From Candidatus Poribacteria bacterium (GTDB taxonomy: Bacteria; Abyssobacteria; SURF-5), in assembly GCA_016215705.1 (NCBI GenBank), contig JACRIR010000209.1, forward strand, positions 16,530 through 80,529: 64,000 nt of DNA. Direction: 5' to 3'. Below, one piece after another: positions 1-9,698 of this stretch (position 1 is its first letter; each line of letters opens with the position of its first letter). The notes beneath the pieces were generated by a model that was not told the origin of the DNA, made no database searches, and was given only the letters and a program-made list of their open reading frames with translations. A program made the translations under genes and the position numbers.

Positions 1-201
1 CCGTATGAGTTTATCATAAACCGAAAGAAACAGTTCTTCCTTATTCCGGAAATAGTAATGGATGACACCTTTGCTCACGCCGGCCGAGTCGGCGATGTCC
101 TGCATCGTGATGTTACTGTAACCTTTGAGCGCAATGCAGAAAAAAGTGGCCTCGATGATTTCGGCTCTTCTCTTTGGGGCGACGCCGACTTTGGGTGACA
201 T
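1..201 (-). CDS. TetR/AcrR-family transcriptional regulator, N-terminal HTH only; runs off the window start
   Basis: Reverse-strand translation from the ATG at 199-201 gives MSPKVGVAPKRRAEIIEATFFCIALKGYSNITMQDIADSAGVSKGVIHYYFRNKEELF, a typical TetR HTH signature. Confidence 0.7.
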   Translation of the reverse strand, partial: MSPKVGVAPKRRAEIIEATFFCIALKGYSNITMQDIADSAGVSKGVIHYYFRNKEELFLSVYDKLIR

Positions 202-521
202 GGGGGTGACCGGTTTTCCGTTTTTTTAGATTGGCCAGCCAGTTAATAAAGCAACTCTACCAAACCCCCGCGCGCTTTGTCAAGTGTGCGCACAAACAAG
301 ACAACAGGCGAAAAGGCAAAGACGTGATGGAAAGAGGTTTACGGTTCACGCTTCACGGTCATCAGTCATAATCACGTACCCGCCACAATGAGGTAAGACG
401 CAGACTTTTCATCTCAGACATTTGAATTATAGCTTATTGCAGATGCTACCAACCGGTCTGAACAGTTTTCCAAGAAAATTGTTGACATCTTTGGCCATAA
501 TGCCATATAATTATTTCCGTT

Positions 522-596
<75 letters not shown>

Positions 597-805
597 AATT
601 TTCTTGATTAGGCCAGGCGAGAGTATAAGATTGGTCTGACAGTTGACCATGTGGGCCGGGTCGTGTAGGCGCGAATTCATTCGCATAGGGTCTCAGGATA
701 ATTTTCGCGCAGTATGTGCGAACAAACTTGAGCCTACAGAGTTGTCGGACAGATGAAATATTCCTCCTGATGCCTCGCGGCTCTTCGGATATCCCGATTC
801 CCTCT

Positions 806-880
806 GCGCCCGTAGCTCAGCCTGGATAGAGCATCGGACTTCGAATCCGCAGGTCGAGGGTTCGAATCCCTCCGGGCGCT
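806..880 (+). tRNA. tRNA-Arg (anticodon TCG)
   Basis: GCGCCCGTAGCTCAGCCTGGATAGAGC start typical of Arg tRNAs; anticodon loop CTTCGAA; acceptor 3' strand CGGGCGC; CCA not encoded. Confidence 0.8.
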
Positions 881-989
881 CAAAATAAGCCGGACCGATG
901 CGCCACTCGCTCCATGCGCGTGGCATTTTTACTGCCTGCTATCTTGACTTGCAGGCGTGAATTTGTTATCGTCTTATTGTATAGCTACG

Positions 990-1026
990 AATTCGGGGAC
1001 ACCATGCAGCATGGTGTCCCCGAATT
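990..1026. repeat. REP-like 37-bp perfect palindrome (family GGGGACAC-SATG-NCG-CATS-GTGTCCCC) between tRNA-Arg and tRNA-Lys
   Basis: aattcggggacaccatgc-a-gcatggtgtccccgaatt; related copies at 4628, 10728, 31622, 41716 and 47503. Confidence 0.85.
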
Positions 1027-1037
1027 AGCCCATCACC

Positions 1038-1112
1038 GGGCCGCTAGCTCAACTGGTAGAGCAAGTGACTCTTAATCACTAGGTTTGGGGTTCGAGTCCC
1101 CGGCGGCTCACC
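1038..1112 (+). tRNA. tRNA-Lys (anticodon CTT)
   Basis: Acceptor GGGCCGC/GCGGCTC with one G-U pair; anticodon stem-loop AGTGA-CTCTTAA-TCACT; T-loop GGGGTTCGAGTCCCC. Confidence 0.85.
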
Positions 1113-1148
1113 TGTTTGTAGATCGGTCGGAGGCTCCCGACCGTGCGG

Positions 1149-1234
1149 GGGCGGGTGGCGGAATCTGGCAGACGCGCATGACTTAGGATCATGTGCCATT
1201 CGGCGTGCGGGTTCAATTCCCGCCCCGCCCACCA
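1149..1234 (+). tRNA. tRNA-Leu (anticodon TAG), class II with long variable arm, CCA encoded
   Basis: Acceptor GGGCGGG/CCCGCCC; D-arm TGGCGGAATCTGGCAGACGC; anticodon stem-loop CATGA-CTTAGGA-TCATG; variable arm TGCCATTCGGCGTG; ends ACCA. Confidence 0.85.
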
Positions 1235-1437
1235 TCTCGCCTTGCCAAATCGTTGAAGCCATTAGGAGCGCGTGACCACGCCCGCGGCGTGGCTAATTGC
1301 GATAGAGACAGCGTGCCCATTACAGTCATTGCGAGCGGAGGGCCGCAGGCCCGAGCGAGGCAATCTCTCTTTTTTTGGCTTTCTCCCTTTCGCCTTGCTC
1401 CTTTCGCTTTACGCCTTTTCTTGGGAGGTAATCCATA

Positions 1438-2772
1438 TTGAAAGTCAACGTCGAAACTGTGTCCACTTACCAGAAAGTTCTCACCATAGAAATTCCATCT
1501 GAGACCGTTAATGCGGAGATAGAGAATATCTATTCCACGCTGTCCAAAACGGCCATTCATCCCGGCTTCCGCAAGGGAAAAGTTCCGCGCAAGATACTGG
1601 AAAAGAAATACAATAAATCCGTGCGGAACGAAGCGATTGAGAACACTGTGACCTCCTCGCTCAAGAGCGCACTCGCTGATCAGAAGATTGTCCCGCTGGT
1701 CGAGCCTTCAATTGACGAAGTGAAATTCGACGACGGCGCTCCGCTCTCCTTTAAAGTCACGATCGAGGTCGAGCCCACGATCGAACTCGCCGAGTACAAG
1801 GGTATCGAGTTGAAGCGCCCCAAAATTCCCATCACTGACGAAGGCGTTAACCGGGTGGTCGAAAGGCTTCGGCTATCCCACGCCACTTACATACCCGTGG
1901 AGAGGGCGGTCGAAAAGGGTGATTTCATCGTAATTGATTTCGCCGGGTCCGAAGGCGGCAAACCGGTGGAAGGCTTGAAGGCCGAGAATTTCCCCGTCGA
2001 GGTCGGCGCCGGAGTCTTTGCCGGAGGCTTCGAGGACCAGCTCATAGGCATGCAGAAGAATGAGGCAAGGGACGTCTCAGTCAAGTATCCGGAAGATTTT
2101 CGCACCAAGGAACTCGCCGGCAAGGACGTAACGTACCATGTGACCCTGAAGGACGTGAAACTCCGGAGGCTTCCCGACGTTGACGACGCCTTTGCCAAGG
2201 ACCTCGGCGAGTACAATACTCTCGAAGACCTCAAGAAAAACGTGCGTGAGGGGCTCGAGAAGGATATGCAGAGACGCATCGAGCATCTCATGCGCGAGCA
2301 AGGGATCTCCAAGGTCGTTTCCGAATCGAAACTCGAGATTCCGCCCAAGCTGAAAGCTAGGGTGGCGGCCTCCATATTCGAGGAACAAGTAAGGTCATTG
2401 GCCAGTCGCGGTGTGGACCGCGAGACTATAACCGTTCAGCGCGATAAGATAGCCGAACAGGCGGCTGTCGATGCCGAACGTCAGTTGAAAGCCAGGTTTG
2501 TAGCCGACGAGATAGCCCGGCGCGAAAACATCACCGTCACGACTGAGGAGTTGAATCAAAGACTCGAGGAAATGATTGCATCGTCGGAGGACCAGACTCA
2601 GGCTAGAACCTACTTCAACAGCGAGCGTGTTCGCGAAAGCTCCCGTGACCAGATGCTGGCCCAGAAGATATTGGATTTTGTGGTAAACAATGCTAGAATA
2701 ATAGAAGTGGAATCGCCGCAAAGCGGGTCAGAATTACAGCCCGAACCAGATGAACAAGAAGGAGAAAGCTGA
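1438..2772 (+). CDS. tig: Trigger factor (ribosome-associated chaperone / PPIase)
   Basis: 444 aa with TTG start; conserved tig-clpP-clpX synteny; GGGAGG Shine-Dalgarno at 1421-1426. Confidence 0.9.
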   Translation: MKVNVETVSTYQKVLTIEIPSETVNAEIENIYSTLSKTAIHPGFRKGKVPRKILEKKYNKSVRNEAIENTVTSSLKSALADQKIVPLVEPSIDEVKFDDGAPLSFKVTIEVEPTIELAEYKGIELKRPKIPITDEGVNRVVERLRLSHATYIPVERAVEKGDFIVIDFAGSEGGKPVEGLKAENFPVEVGAGVFAGGFEDQLIGMQKNEARDVSVKYPEDFRTKELAGKDVTYHVTLKDVKLRRLPDVDDAFAKDLGEYNTLEDLKKNVREGLEKDMQRRIEHLMREQGISKVVSESKLEIPPKLKARVAASIFEEQVRSLASRGVDRETITVQRDKIAEQAAVDAERQLKARFVADEIARRENITVTTEELNQRLEEMIASSEDQTQARTYFNSERVRESSRDQMLAQKILDFVVNNARIIEVESPQSGSELQPEPDEQEGES

Positions 2773-2774
2773 AC

Positions 2775-3362
2775 ATGCCTCTCATAATACCAAGGATTGT
2801 GGAACAAGATGCCCGCGGTGAGAAGGGATGGGACATCATTTCTCGCCTGCTGAAAGATCGCATCATATTTATCGGCGAAGCGATTGACGAGTGGGTTTCA
2901 CAGTTAATCATCGCTCAGCTTCTGTATCTCGAAGCGGAAGACCCCGAGAAGGATATATATCTGTACATCAACAGCCCGGGCGGTTACGTCACCGCCGGCC
3001 TTGCGATATATGACACCATGCAGTACATCCGCGCCAATATCTCGACTATTTGCCTTGGACAGGCCGCCAGCATGGGCGCGCTCCTCTTGTGCGCAGGCAC
3101 GAAAGGGAAACGTTTTGCCCTTCCATATGCTCGGATTCTAATCCACCAGCCGCTCGGCGGAGCCCGCGGCCAGGCTACCGATATTGAGATTCAGGCCAAG
3201 GAAATCCTGAAAGTGCGCGAGATAATAAACGAGATACTCGTAAAACACACGAGCCAGAAGGCGGAGAAAGTCCGCCAGGACACCGAGCGCGACTACTATA
3301 TGTCGGCCCAGGAAGCGAAGGATTACGGCATCGTGGACGAAGTGCTCATCAAGAACAAATAG
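2775..3362 (+). CDS. clpP: ATP-dependent Clp protease proteolytic subunit
   Basis: 195 aa; catalytic-Ser motif [11 protein letters not shown], also [18 protein letters not shown]. Confidence 0.95.
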   Translation: MPLIIPRIVEQDARGEKGWDIISRLLKDRIIFIGEAIDEWVSQLIIAQLLYLEAEDPEKDIYLYINSPGGYVTAGLAIYDTMQYIRANISTICLGQAASMGALLLCAGTKGKRFALPYARILIHQPLGGARGQATDIEIQAKEILKVREIINEILVKHTSQKAEKVRQDTERDYYMSAQEAKDYGIVDEVLIKNK

Positions 3363-3374
3363 GCGGGAAAACAC

Positions 3375-4625
3375 ATGGTATTTAACAGCGGAGAAGGAAG
3401 CGACGTGCCCACGTGCTCGTTCTGCGGAAAGAGGCAGGATGAGGTAAGGAAGCTGATCGCGGGGCCGATGGTGTATATCTGCGACGAATGCGTCGAGCTT
3501 TGCGGCGATATGCTCGAGGGCGAAACCCGCCCTGCAGCCGCTCCCGAGCGGCCAAAGGTTCCAAAACCGAAAGATATAAAGAAGATTCTCGACGAGTATG
3601 TGATTGGCCAGGAGCGCGCAAAGAAAATTCTCTCCGTTGCGGTTCATAACCATTACAAACGCATCGAGTTCGAGTTGGACGACGACGAAGTCGAGCTCCA
3701 AAAGAGCAACGTCCTGCTCGTCGGTCCGACGGGCTCCGGCAAGACCCTCCTCGCACAAACGCTGGCCCGCATCATCGATGTCCCGTTCGCCATCGCGGAC
3801 GCAACGACTCTCACCGAGGCCGGCTACGTCGGTGAAGATGTCGAGAACGTAATTCTGAAGCTTCTCCAGAACGCCGACTATGACCCTGAACAGGCGGAAG
3901 TCGGGATCGTCTATATCGATGAGATCGACAAGATAGCGCGCAAGAGCGAAAACGTTTCCATCACGCGTGACGTCTCCGGAGAAGGCGTTCAGCAGGCCCT
4001 CCTGAAAATATTGGAAGGCACGGTCGCCAACGTTCCCCCACAAGGCGGCCGCAAGCATCCTCAGCAGGAATACATCCAGGTGGATACAACAAACATCCTG
4101 TTCATTTGTGGCGGCGCCTTCGTTGGAATCGAGAAGATAATTGAATCGCGTCTGGGCAAGAACGTCATCGGCTTTGGCTCCGAGGCCAAACCGCGTGAGA
4201 AGAGGAAGGTTGGCGAGATTATCAAGCACATTCAACCGGAGGACCTGCTCAAGTATGGGATGATACCCGAGTTTGTCGGGCGTCTTCCCATCATCGCAAC
4301 TTTCGATGAGCTTTCCGAGGCCGACCTGATCCGTATCCTGCAAGAGCCGAAGAACGCGCTCGTGAAACAATACAAGAAGTTCTTCGACATCGAGAACGTC
4401 AAGCTGACTTTCACCGAAGAAGCCCTTGCTGAAATCTCGCACCAGGCTATAGCCCGAAAGAGCGGGGCCCGTGGCCTGCGCGCCATCATGGAGGAGGTCA
4501 TGCTCGACATCATGTATGAGACTCCCTCCAAGAGCGACGTGCGCGAATGCGTGATCACTGACGCTGTCGTGCGAAAGCAGGAAGAACCAAAGCTTGTGCA
4601 CGTGACCCGAAAGCGTTCTGCCTGA
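3375..4625 (+). CDS. clpX: ATP-dependent Clp protease ATP-binding subunit ClpX
   Basis: 416 aa; N-terminal Zn finger CSFCGK...CDEC; Walker A GPTGSGKT; follows clpP. Confidence 0.95.
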   Translation: MVFNSGEGSDVPTCSFCGKRQDEVRKLIAGPMVYICDECVELCGDMLEGETRPAAAPERPKVPKPKDIKKILDEYVIGQERAKKILSVAVHNHYKRIEFELDDDEVELQKSNVLLVGPTGSGKTLLAQTLARIIDVPFAIADATTLTEAGYVGEDVENVILKLLQNADYDPEQAEVGIVYIDEIDKIARKSENVSITRDVSGEGVQQALLKILEGTVANVPPQGGRKHPQQEYIQVDTTNILFICGGAFVGIEKIIESRLGKNVIGFGSEAKPREKRKVGEIIKHIQPEDLLKYGMIPEFVGRLPIIATFDELSEADLIRILQEPKNALVKQYKKFFDIENVKLTFTEEALAEISHQAIARKSGARGLRAIMEEVMLDIMYETPSKSDVRECVITDAVVRKQEEPKLVHVTRKRSA

Positions 4626-4627
4626 CC

Positions 4628-4674
4628 GAGCATATTCGGGGACACGATGCCGCATCGTGTCCCCGAATATGCTC
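4628..4674. repeat. REP-like 47-bp palindrome 3 bp after the clpX stop; probable bidirectional terminator
   Basis: gagcatattcggggacacgatg-ccg-catcgtgtccccgaatatgctc. Confidence 0.85.
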
Positions 4675-4699
4675 GCTCTTCCACAAGTACAAAGCAAGC

Positions 4700-4726
4700 G
4701 TCATTCTGAGCGAAGCGAAGAATCTC
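4700..4726. repeat. Solo copy of the 27-bp 'GTCATTCTGAGCGAAGCGAAGAATCTC' repeat core
   Basis: Exact core also present at 9226-9252, inverted at 9557-9583, 30223-30249 and 30280-30307, and degenerate at 56208-56235. Confidence 0.8.
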
Positions 4727-4751
4727 TCCTGCATATTCTTGAGGCTCACCG

Positions 4752-5330
4752 ATGAAAATAACGTCCGCCGAATACATCATCAGCGCTTTCGACAAGACCC
4801 AGTTCCCCCAGAATCGCCTCCCCGAGGTCGCCTTCGCCGGAAGGTCCAACGTCGGTAAGTCGTCGCTGCTGAACCGCCTGGCCGGCAAGGATATCGCAAG
4901 AATCAGCCGTACCCCCGGCAAGACCCGAGCGGTCAACTTCTTCCTTATGAATAACAAGTTCTATTTTGTTGACCTGCCCGGCTATGGGTTTGCCCGCGTC
5001 TCAAAGAGCATGCGCCGCGGCTGGCACGAGTTGATAGAGGGATACATCAGTGGCAGGCCGAATCTGGCCGCCGTCATCGTCCTTATTGACAGTCGCAGAG
5101 AAGAGATTCCCGACGCCGATCTGCAAATGATCGACTACCTGTGTCACATCCGGATTTCGAGTATTCCCGTATTTACGAAGATAGACAAGCTCAATCGGTC
5201 GGAACTAGCGCGCCTTAAGCAAGCTGCAATCCGAAAGCTTCCGGAGAGTTCCGAATCCATCTTCTTCTCCGCGGTCACATGCGAAGGTGTAGCGGATTTG
5301 TTGAACCGAATCGACGGATGTCTCCATTGA
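4752..5330 (+). CDS. engB: Ribosome-biogenesis GTPase EngB/YihA
   Basis: 192 aa; G1 motif [12 protein letters not shown] and DLPGYG. Confidence 0.9.
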   Translation: MKITSAEYIISAFDKTQFPQNRLPEVAFAGRSNVGKSSLLNRLAGKDIARISRTPGKTRAVNFFLMNNKFYFVDLPGYGFARVSKSMRRGWHELIEGYISGRPNLAAVIVLIDSRREEIPDADLQMIDYLCHIRISSIPVFTKIDKLNRSELARLKQAAIRKLPESSESIFFSAVTCEGVADLLNRIDGCLH

Positions 5331-5555
5331 CTCTCTGTTATTCAACATGGAGATTGCGGAAAATACCAATCCACCGATTTCGCAAATTCCTGCTGATTAT
5401 TTCAGACTTGTGTGCGCGCAGCAGGCTGCGTTCCATTCTACCGCAAAGCCTCGGTCGCGACCGCAAGTCTGGCGGCAGCATCGCAGGGCGTCGGAAGACA
5501 CTCTGATCATCGTCGCCGAAGCCGTGAGAAGGTTTGGTAAAGGGGGAGGGACCAC

Positions 5556-6887
5556 ATGATGAAGCCAGTCGTCTCGTTGGTTCGATACAAAGACGTGAGT
5601 TCAGTCAGCGAGGCAATTCGCCTTTGCGATGGATTTGACAAACTCAAATCGACTCATCGGGTCCTTCTCAAGCCTAATATCTGCACGGCAGGCGGAGGTT
5701 TTATTCCGCCTTATGGAACTGTCACGACCACCGCCGTTGTGGAGGGAACGGTTCGCGCCTTGAAGGACGCGGGCGTGAACGACATTTCCATAGGAGAAGG
5801 GACTGTCACCGACGAGCTTGGCACGAACACGACTAAAGGATACAAGTGGATTCAACTGGACCGCCTGGCAACACGCTACGGAGTCAAGTTGATCGATTTC
5901 AATGCGGGCCCGCACAAGAAAGTCATGGTCGAGGACGTGCCCATGAACATCGCCGAAGCGGCGCTGGACACTGATTTCTTTGTTAACCTGCCCGTCCTAA
6001 AGACTCATCAAGATGCGAGAGTCTCGCTCTCCGGCAAGAACCTCAAAGGCTGCATGAGCCTGGCATCGAAGCGGTTCTTCCATGGCGAACACGGTACGAT
6101 TCATTATCGCATCTCCCGCCTGATGGAGGCGGTTCCCCAGCACCTTGTCATAATCGACGGCATTTACGCGATGGAAAAAGGTCCCGACGCCACTATCGGT
6201 ACGGGGCGTCCAAAAGGTATCCTGGCGGCATCCACGGATTTCTTGGCTGCCGACGCCGTGGGTGTGCGCCTATTGGGCGCCGAACCGGCAGAAGCCCGGC
6301 ATCTAAGTCTCTATGCCGAGCGCCATGGCAGATTGGACGTGCTTCAGACTCCGGACACTATAGAGGTTCGCGGCGAGCGCATCGAGGATCATGCCGAATA
6401 CCTCGAATGGCGTTCCATAGCCGCTGAGGATATGCCGGCTTCCGGACACACCGGCTATGAGGTCCGCGCATTCACCGACGCCGCGTGCTCACAGTGTTTC
6501 GCCAATTTGTCCGGGTCCTCACTGCTTCTTGCCGCGCTCAGCCGCAACAAGGATTTCAACGACCTCGTGATCGTCTTCGGAAAAAGTTACAAGGAAGAGC
6601 GCAACTCGCCACGCACGCTCCTGTTCGGCAACTGCGCCATCAAAGCGAACAAAAGCCTTGATAAGGCCATGAAACTTGAAGGATGTCCCCCAAAGTTTTG
6701 GACTTCTTTCCTGTTCCTTACCGGACAAATGAAGAGTGTGCCGGGCAGAGCGGCGTTCTATGCCCGCACTGCGTTGTGCCTTGCCAAAGGCGCCGCTGGA
6801 GTCGGTCTGCTTCCCTTGCCGAGGTTCGATGTCTACAAGAACAAATCGGCATATGATATCAATCACTATAGGCTGTCAAGGAGTTGA
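5556..6887 (+). CDS. DUF362-domain protein, Cys-rich, possibly Fe-S; function unknown
   Basis: 443 aa; N-terminus VSLVRYKDV...VLLKPNICTAGG matches DUF362; several C-terminal cysteines. Confidence 0.6.
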   Translation: MMKPVVSLVRYKDVSSVSEAIRLCDGFDKLKSTHRVLLKPNICTAGGGFIPPYGTVTTTAVVEGTVRALKDAGVNDISIGEGTVTDELGTNTTKGYKWIQLDRLATRYGVKLIDFNAGPHKKVMVEDVPMNIAEAALDTDFFVNLPVLKTHQDARVSLSGKNLKGCMSLASKRFFHGEHGTIHYRISRLMEAVPQHLVIIDGIYAMEKGPDATIGTGRPKGILAASTDFLAADAVGVRLLGAEPAEARHLSLYAERHGRLDVLQTPDTIEVRGERIEDHAEYLEWRSIAAEDMPASGHTGYEVRAFTDAACSQCFANLSGSSLLLAALSRNKDFNDLVIVFGKSYKEERNSPRTLLFGNCAIKANKSLDKAMKLEGCPPKFWTSFLFLTGQMKSVPGRAAFYARTALCLAKGAAGVGLLPLPRFDVYKNKSAYDINHYRLSRS

Positions 6888-7071
6888 GAAAAGATCGGAA
6901 CACGAATGGCGCTGGGCACGATGTTGGTCGCTATGGCGACTCGTTTGCTGGAAGGCGTCCCAGGGATTTGGAGTTGCTTGCCGAAAAGGGTACTGAGGTT
7001 CAGCATTTTGGCGCACACGGAAGGCCGTCGGTCCGGGGAGACTCTCAAGAGAATGACACGATCCGGGATGC

Positions 7072-9171
7072 TCATGGATTTCCGGCGGGCACATCGTAAA
7101 TAAAAATGGAATAGCCGAGAACTTTCCTGGGTTTCAGCTTCTTGAGCCAGTCGTGGCAGTGTGGGTTGGCGAGATAGAGATTCTGGAGATAGGTGGCGCT
7201 TACAGCCCAGACGCCGGCAGAAGGCTCGCAACCATTGAGGTCGGCGTTGCTAAGGCCATAATACTCGAGCACGCCCCGGGGACCGAAATACTTTATCTTC
7301 ACGTCCCGGATTCTGTTTTCCTGCAAGTAGTTCATGAGATCGTTCAGATTCTGTCCCCAGTCGAGATTTGAATCCACAAGATATTTGTATCCTTTACTCG
7401 GCCCGCCGATCATCTCATTGAAGTATGCAAGATAGTGTGGGTATATCCACGCCGCTGAGCCCGCGTACCAAACACACAGAATCGCGAGCGCTCGTTTCCA
7501 TCGTTTGGATTCAAAGGAGGCAACCTTCCCGGCAAAAATGCAAAGGAGTGGAATCAATGGAAGGATGTATCGGATGCCTATGTTTATCCGAGATGGCAGG
7601 GAGAAGAAACCGATCATGATCAGGATTGAAAACAAGAGGAAACGTTCGTCAAATGTCCCCTTCCCCCCTTTGCCAAAGGGGGACGAAATGGAGTTCTCCT
7701 TTACAGAAGGATGAATAGTCGACTCCCTCTTTGCAGAGGGGGGAACAGTCGAGTCGCTATTTACAAAGCAACGAATGGCCGGGCTGCTCTTTACAGAGGG
7801 AGGAATAGTGGAGCCCTGCTCTGCAGAAGAGGGGACAACCTTGTCTTGTGGGCAGCCTTCTTGACTCCCCTTATGCAAAGGGGGGGAGGGGGGATTTGGA
7901 GAACAGGCTCTCTTTCCTCCTTTTTCAAGAGAGAATAATTTGCTGAGTGGTCGGCTCGATTTCAGGCTCGCCCCGGCAGCCGCAACCAGGCATATGATAA
8001 ACGGAATCGGAGTCTTGATGAGAAAAGCCACCCAGTAGAAGTACCACCAGCCCGTTCGCGAGATTTCTCCAAACAGGAAATTGTCTTTCCACCCTTTTGC
8101 TGCCGCGAGCTGTGTATAAATTCCAAGGATGTATGAATATGCGGGAATGCGAATGCCACGCAAGGCCAGCGCATCGACTGCCTGCCAAAAAGGTTTTTCG
8201 GCGACCAGCCTCTCTGCCTGCGGTTTCAGCCATTGCGGCATGAAGGGGGTTCCAAACTGGAAGCCGTAACCAGCCCAGACAACACAGGAAGCTATAAGTA
8301 AGATCAGCAGGAGGCATAGTAAATCCCCCCTCCCCCCCTTTGCAAAGGGGGGTAATGAAAACCTGATTCGGAGGGGGATTGCCTTTTCCACTCTCTTCAA
8401 AGGTGTCCCTGTTTCCTCTCCTCGCAAAGGTTCCCCTGTTTCTCCCCTTTGCAAAGGGGGGGAGGGGGGATTTACCAGCCGGAACAAGATAACTTCCAAC
8501 AACAGAATCGGAATCAGAATGAGTCCCGTGAACTTCGACAAAAGCGCGAGACCCAACGCCATGCCCGTAAGAACCATTCGCACGGCTGAAGGCGCTTGGA
8601 GGTATTTGTGAAATGAGTACAGCGCCAGCGTCATGGTGAACGCAAGCAGCATATCAGGCGTGGCAAGCTTACAGTGTGCGAGGATCGCCGGGCAAAGGGA
8701 ATATAAAAACAGGGAAACCAGCGCTGCGCCGGAACCATAAATCTCTCTTCCCCAACGATACACCAGGAGCCCCAGCAGCGCCGAGAGAAAGACGAACGGA
8801 ATGCGCGTAAGGAACATCATCAGGCGGGGAGATTGGCCGGATTCGAATATGAGCGATGGGCCTATATAGCGGCGGTAGACGTATTCCTTGTCCTCGAATC
8901 TGTCGGGATCGAGTTTCAACGGCAGGAGAAGAAGGCTGTTGACGTAATAGGGAAGCGGCGGATGCAATTGGAGCGCCACAATCTCCCAGTTCCTGGTTTC
9001 CAGCAACTGCCGGCCAATACCGATATAACTGGGCTCATCCCACGTGAGCGACGCGCGCCGCATGCTGCCCACCGCAAGCGCGAGGTGAATTGCCAGTAGC
9101 GCGGCAACTGCGAGGCGGGTTCTCATGTCATTCCGGGACCATTTGGTGTCATTCTGAGTCCTCGGTGTCAC
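7072..9171 (-). CDS. GT39/ArnT-like (PMT_2) membrane glycosyltransferase with two in-frame repeat/homopolymer insertions
   Basis: 699 aa, multi-TM; N-terminal DEPSYIGIGRQLLE...HPPLPYY resembles ArnT/PMT_2; ORF is continuous through repeat regions 7640-7905 and 8327-8480. Confidence 0.75.
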   Translation of the reverse strand: MTPRTQNDTKWSRNDMRTRLAVAALLAIHLALAVGSMRRASLTWDEPSYIGIGRQLLETRNWEIVALQLHPPLPYYVNSLLLLPLKLDPDRFEDKEYVYRRYIGPSLIFESGQSPRLMMFLTRIPFVFLSALLGLLVYRWGREIYGSGAALVSLFLYSLCPAILAHCKLATPDMLLAFTMTLALYSFHKYLQAPSAVRMVLTGMALGLALLSKFTGLILIPILLLEVILFRLVNPPSPPLQRGETGEPLRGEETGTPLKRVEKAIPLRIRFSLPPFAKGGRGDLLCLLLILLIASCVVWAGYGFQFGTPFMPQWLKPQAERLVAEKPFWQAVDALALRGIRIPAYSYILGIYTQLAAAKGWKDNFLFGEISRTGWWYFYWVAFLIKTPIPFIICLVAAAGASLKSSRPLSKLFSLEKGGKRACSPNPPSPPLHKGSQEGCPQDKVVPSSAEQGSTIPPSVKSSPAIRCFVNSDSTVPPSAKRESTIHPSVKENSISSPFGKGGKGTFDERFLLFSILIMIGFFSLPSRINIGIRYILPLIPLLCIFAGKVASFESKRWKRALAILCVWYAGSAAWIYPHYLAYFNEMIGGPSKGYKYLVDSNLDWGQNLNDLMNYLQENRIRDVKIKYFGPRGVLEYYGLSNADLNGCEPSAGVWAVSATYLQNLYLANPHCHDWLKKLKPRKVLGYSIFIYDVPAGNP
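7640..7905. repeat. Intragenic block of about five ~30-bp tandem units (CTCTTTACAGAGGGRGG...), flanked by C7/G5 and G7-A-G6 homopolymer tracts
   Basis: Encodes ~10-aa repeats STIPPSVKSS/STVPPSAKRE/STIHPSVKEN; palindromic motif ccctttgcaaaggg at both edges. Confidence 0.8.
8327..8480. repeat. Intragenic ~25-bp repeats bounded by inverted 'aaatcccccctccccccctttgcaaagggggg' ends (C6-T-C7 ... G7-A-G6); MITE-like, but in frame
   Basis: 8327-8364 is the reverse complement of 8454-8483; homopolymer runs of 6-7 nt lie inside the ORF. Confidence 0.8.
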
Positions 9172-9252
9172 ATTCTGAGCCCTTTGGTGTCATTCTAGCC
9201 CTCGGCGTCACATTCTGAGCCCTTCGGTGTCATTCTGAGCGAAGCGAAGAAT
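9144..9252. repeat. Five tandem ~21-bp units GGTGTCA(C)ATTCTGAGCCCTY ending in the 27-bp core gtcattctgagcgaagcgaagaatctc
   Basis: Read directly from the sequence; the core supplies the last 8 codons and the stop of the GIY-YIG ORF. Confidence 0.85.
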
Positions 9253-9544
9253 CTCCTTTCTCACACCAGCCATTGCTTAGGTCTTCCCATCGGGGGTTGA
9301 CCGCTTCGATCAAGGCCATCTTCTTTGCTCGCAGCCAGCCTTTGATTTGTTTTTCACGCGCGATAGCTGCCTGAACGTCATCGGTTTCTTCGAAGAATAC
9401 GAGGCGGGTGATATTGTATTTCTTTGTAAAACCGGGCACGAGTCTTTCCTTGTGCTCGTTCACTCTTCTAACCAAATCACCAGTTACGCCCGTGTACAGA
9501 CACCGTGATTTGTTGGTCATTATGTAAACATAATAACGCTTCAT
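9230..9544 (-). CDS. Small GIY-YIG nuclease-superfamily protein
   Basis: 104 aa; MKRYYVYIMTNKSRCLYTGVTGDLVRRVNEHK is a GIY-YIG motif; C-terminal ...GDSSLRSE* is encoded by the repeat core. Confidence 0.8.
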   Translation of the reverse strand: MKRYYVYIMTNKSRCLYTGVTGDLVRRVNEHKERLVPGFTKKYNITRLVFFEETDDVQAAIAREKQIKGWLRAKKMALIEAVNPRWEDLSNGWCEKGDSSLRSE

Positions 9545-9556
9545 TGGAGTGCAAGA

Positions 9557-9645
9557 AGAGATTCTTCGCTTCGCTCAGAATGACACCAGAGGGTTCAGAA
9601 TGATATTTTGCGCTCAGAATGGCACATTACGCCCGCGATAACATA
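9557..9645. repeat. Inverted copy of the 27-bp core plus two degenerate 21-bp units immediately upstream of the GIY-YIG start
   Basis: gagattcttcgcttcgctcagaatgacacc-agagggttcagaatgata-ttgcgctcagaatggcac. Confidence 0.8.
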
Positions 9646-9698
9646 GATTTGTGTCTTGTTGCCAATCCAAAATCTAGAATCCAAAATCGAAAATAAGG

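Larger units (their letters stand above)
9144..9645 (-). mobile_element. Candidate selfish cassette: GIY-YIG gene bracketed by inverted arrays of the 21-27-bp repeat
   Basis: Inverted-repeat architecture around a nuclease gene, with solo copies of the terminal repeat elsewhere in the window; mobility is inferred, not shown. Confidence 0.4.

Noticed and set aside
3138-4697. 519-aa minus-strand ORF antisense to clpX
   Set aside because: It lies entirely within the well-supported clpX coding region on the opposite strand. Its composition is Arg/Leu/Val-rich shadow-ORF type with no recognisable domains.
7962-8317. Small ORFs antisense to the GT39 gene
   Set aside because: Nested in the opposite strand of a continuous 699-aa membrane-protein ORF; no domain similarity.
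9144-9252. Possible CRISPR array (tandem 21-bp repeats)
   Set aside because: Units are directly adjacent with no unique spacers, the repeat is only ~21 bp and degenerate, and no cas genes are present. This is a tandem minisatellite, not a CRISPR.
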